Source: Neoechinorhynchus agilis
Lineage: Eukaryota > Animalia > Acanthocephala
Reading direction: 5' to 3'
NCBI GenBank assembly: GCA_051530055.1
Contig: JBMGUZ010000088.1
Span: forward strand, 1-8,243
DNA length: 8,243 bases
Below, piece by piece: positions 6,901 to 8,243 of the stretch. Position numbers and translations under genes: made by a program. Numbering within the stretch: position 1 is the first letter of the stretch; the number at the start of each line of letters is the position of its first letter. The notes beneath the pieces are model-generated. The model ran no database searches and was not told where the DNA came from. It worked only from the letters and a program-made list of their open reading frames with translations.

Positions 6901-8243
6901 AATTAAAGTTCCAATTTAAAGGAGAGACTTTATAGCGTGATTATCAGACCAAAAAAATCTTCGATGATTTACATTGAGTTAAAAAACGATGGGTTTTTTC
7001 AAATCTAAATTTTAATGACCCCCCAAAACAAATTGTGATTTCCTAAAAGAAAAAGACCGAACAAAATAATTCGCAAAATACGCGATATCTTCTATTTATG
7101 TCGCAAAAAATTTAATTTTTCTTTTTAAATGGCATCATTTGACTTTTAAAAAAGGATATTTGAGATCCATTCTTTTTTTCCGAGATATAAAATTCCGCTA
7201 ACACTTTTAAAGCTGTGGGAACTTCTCAAAACTGTCAGGAATAATTGAGGATAAGAAATTAATAGGAGAATGTTATTGCCAATTAAAAAGTTCCAATTTA
7301 ATGGAGAGACTTTATAGCGTGATTATCAGACTCAAAAATTGATGATTTACATTGAGTTAAAAAACGATGGTTTTTTCAAATCTACATTTTAATGACCCCC
7401 CAAAAACTAATTGTGATTTCCTAAAAGAAAAAGACCGAACAAAAATAATTCGCAAATACGCGATATCTTTTATTAATGTCCCATAAAATTTAATTTTTCT
7501 TTTAAATGGCATCATTTGACTTTTAAAAAAGGATATTTTTGAGATCCATTCTTTTTCCGAGATATAAAATTCAACACTTTTAAAGCTGTGGGAACTTCTC
7601 AAAAAACTGTCAGGAATAATTGAGGATAAGAAATTAATAGGAGAATGTTATTGCCAATTAAAGTTCCAATTTAATGGAGAGACTTTATAGCGTGATTATC
7701 AGACCAAAAAAATCTTCGATGATTTACATTGAGTTAAAAAACGATGGGTTTTTTCAAATCTAAATTTTAATGACCCCCCAAAACTAATTGTGATTTCCTA
7801 AAAGAAAAAGACTGAACAAAATAATTCGCAAAATACGCGATTATCTTTTATTAATGTCCCATAAAATTTAATTTTTCTTTTTAAATGGCATCATTTGACT
7901 TTTTAAAAAAGGATATTTTTGAGATCCATTCTTTTTTCCGAGATATAAAATTCCGCTAACACTTTTAAAGCTGTGGGAACTTCTCAAAAACTGTCAGGAA
8001 TAATTGAGGATAAGAAATTAATAGGAGAATGTTATTGCCAATTAAAGTTCCAATTTAATAAAGGGACTTTATAGCGTGATTATCAGACCAAAAAATCTTC
8101 GATGATTTACATTGAGTTAAAAAACGATGGGTTTTTCAAATCTAAACTTTAATGACCCCCCAAAACTAATTGTAATTTCCTAAAAGAAAAAGACCGAACA
8201 AAATCATTCGCAAAATACGCGATATCTTTTATTAATGTCCCAA
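3919..8243. repeat. AT-rich tandem satellite-like array, ~381-bp monomer, ~11.3 copies, open at the right edge
   Basis: The anchor ATGACCCCCCAAAAC recurs at 3955, 4337, 4720, 5100, 5480, 5862, 6252, 6634, 7015, 7392, 7770 and 8152 (spacings 382, 383, 380, 380, 382, 390, 382, 381, 377, 378, 382). Units are head-to-tail and near-identical, differing by a few recurrent SNP blocks and homopolymer-length changes. A degenerate partial unit occupies 3919-3954. Confidence 0.97.

Noticed and set aside
7357-7602. 81-aa minus-strand ORF inside the satellite
   Set aside because: It is open only in unit 10 because of unit-specific indels; the other monomers are interrupted, so it is not a maintained gene.
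5880-7620. Homopolymer-length differences between monomers as biological variants
   Set aside because: They are typical of long-read consensus error in poorly polished repeats and cannot be trusted without reads.
3919-8243. CRISPR array, or rRNA/5S/tRNA gene cluster
   Set aside because: Whole ~381-bp units are repeated with no unique spacers. I see no tRNA cloverleaf, A/B boxes or rRNA/5S signature, and the context is eukaryotic.
3955-8243. A strict higher-order repeat, or an internal ~190-bp dimer within the monomer
   Set aside because: Variant blocks do not share one period, and I could not align the two monomer halves convincingly by eye.

Overview
Eukaryotic genomic DNA in two parts. 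(1) Bases 1-3665, minus strand: one uninterrupted reading frame of 1221 codons that runs off the left edge. The supplied ORF track misses it because its stop is outside the window. It encodes a COPII cargo-adaptor Sec24 of the SEC24C/D (Lst1/Sfb3-like) type: a very long (~680 aa) Q/S/P-rich disordered N-terminus studded with Pro-Phe motifs, then zinc finger, trunk (vWA-like), beta-sandwich and the start of the helical domain. (2) Bases ~3919-8243: an AT-rich tandem (satellite-like) array of ~381-bp monomers (11 full units plus partial ends) that runs off the right edge. Only ~250 bp separate the array from the Sec24 ATG. That spacer holds an in-frame 45-codon uORF whose TAG directly abuts the ATG, canonical splice-donor motifs, two candidate acceptors and a short inverted copy of the satellite. 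The small ORFs in the supplied track are off-frame or antisense shadows of Sec24, or chance ORFs in the repeat. All analysis was done by eye; no database search was run and the organism is not identified.
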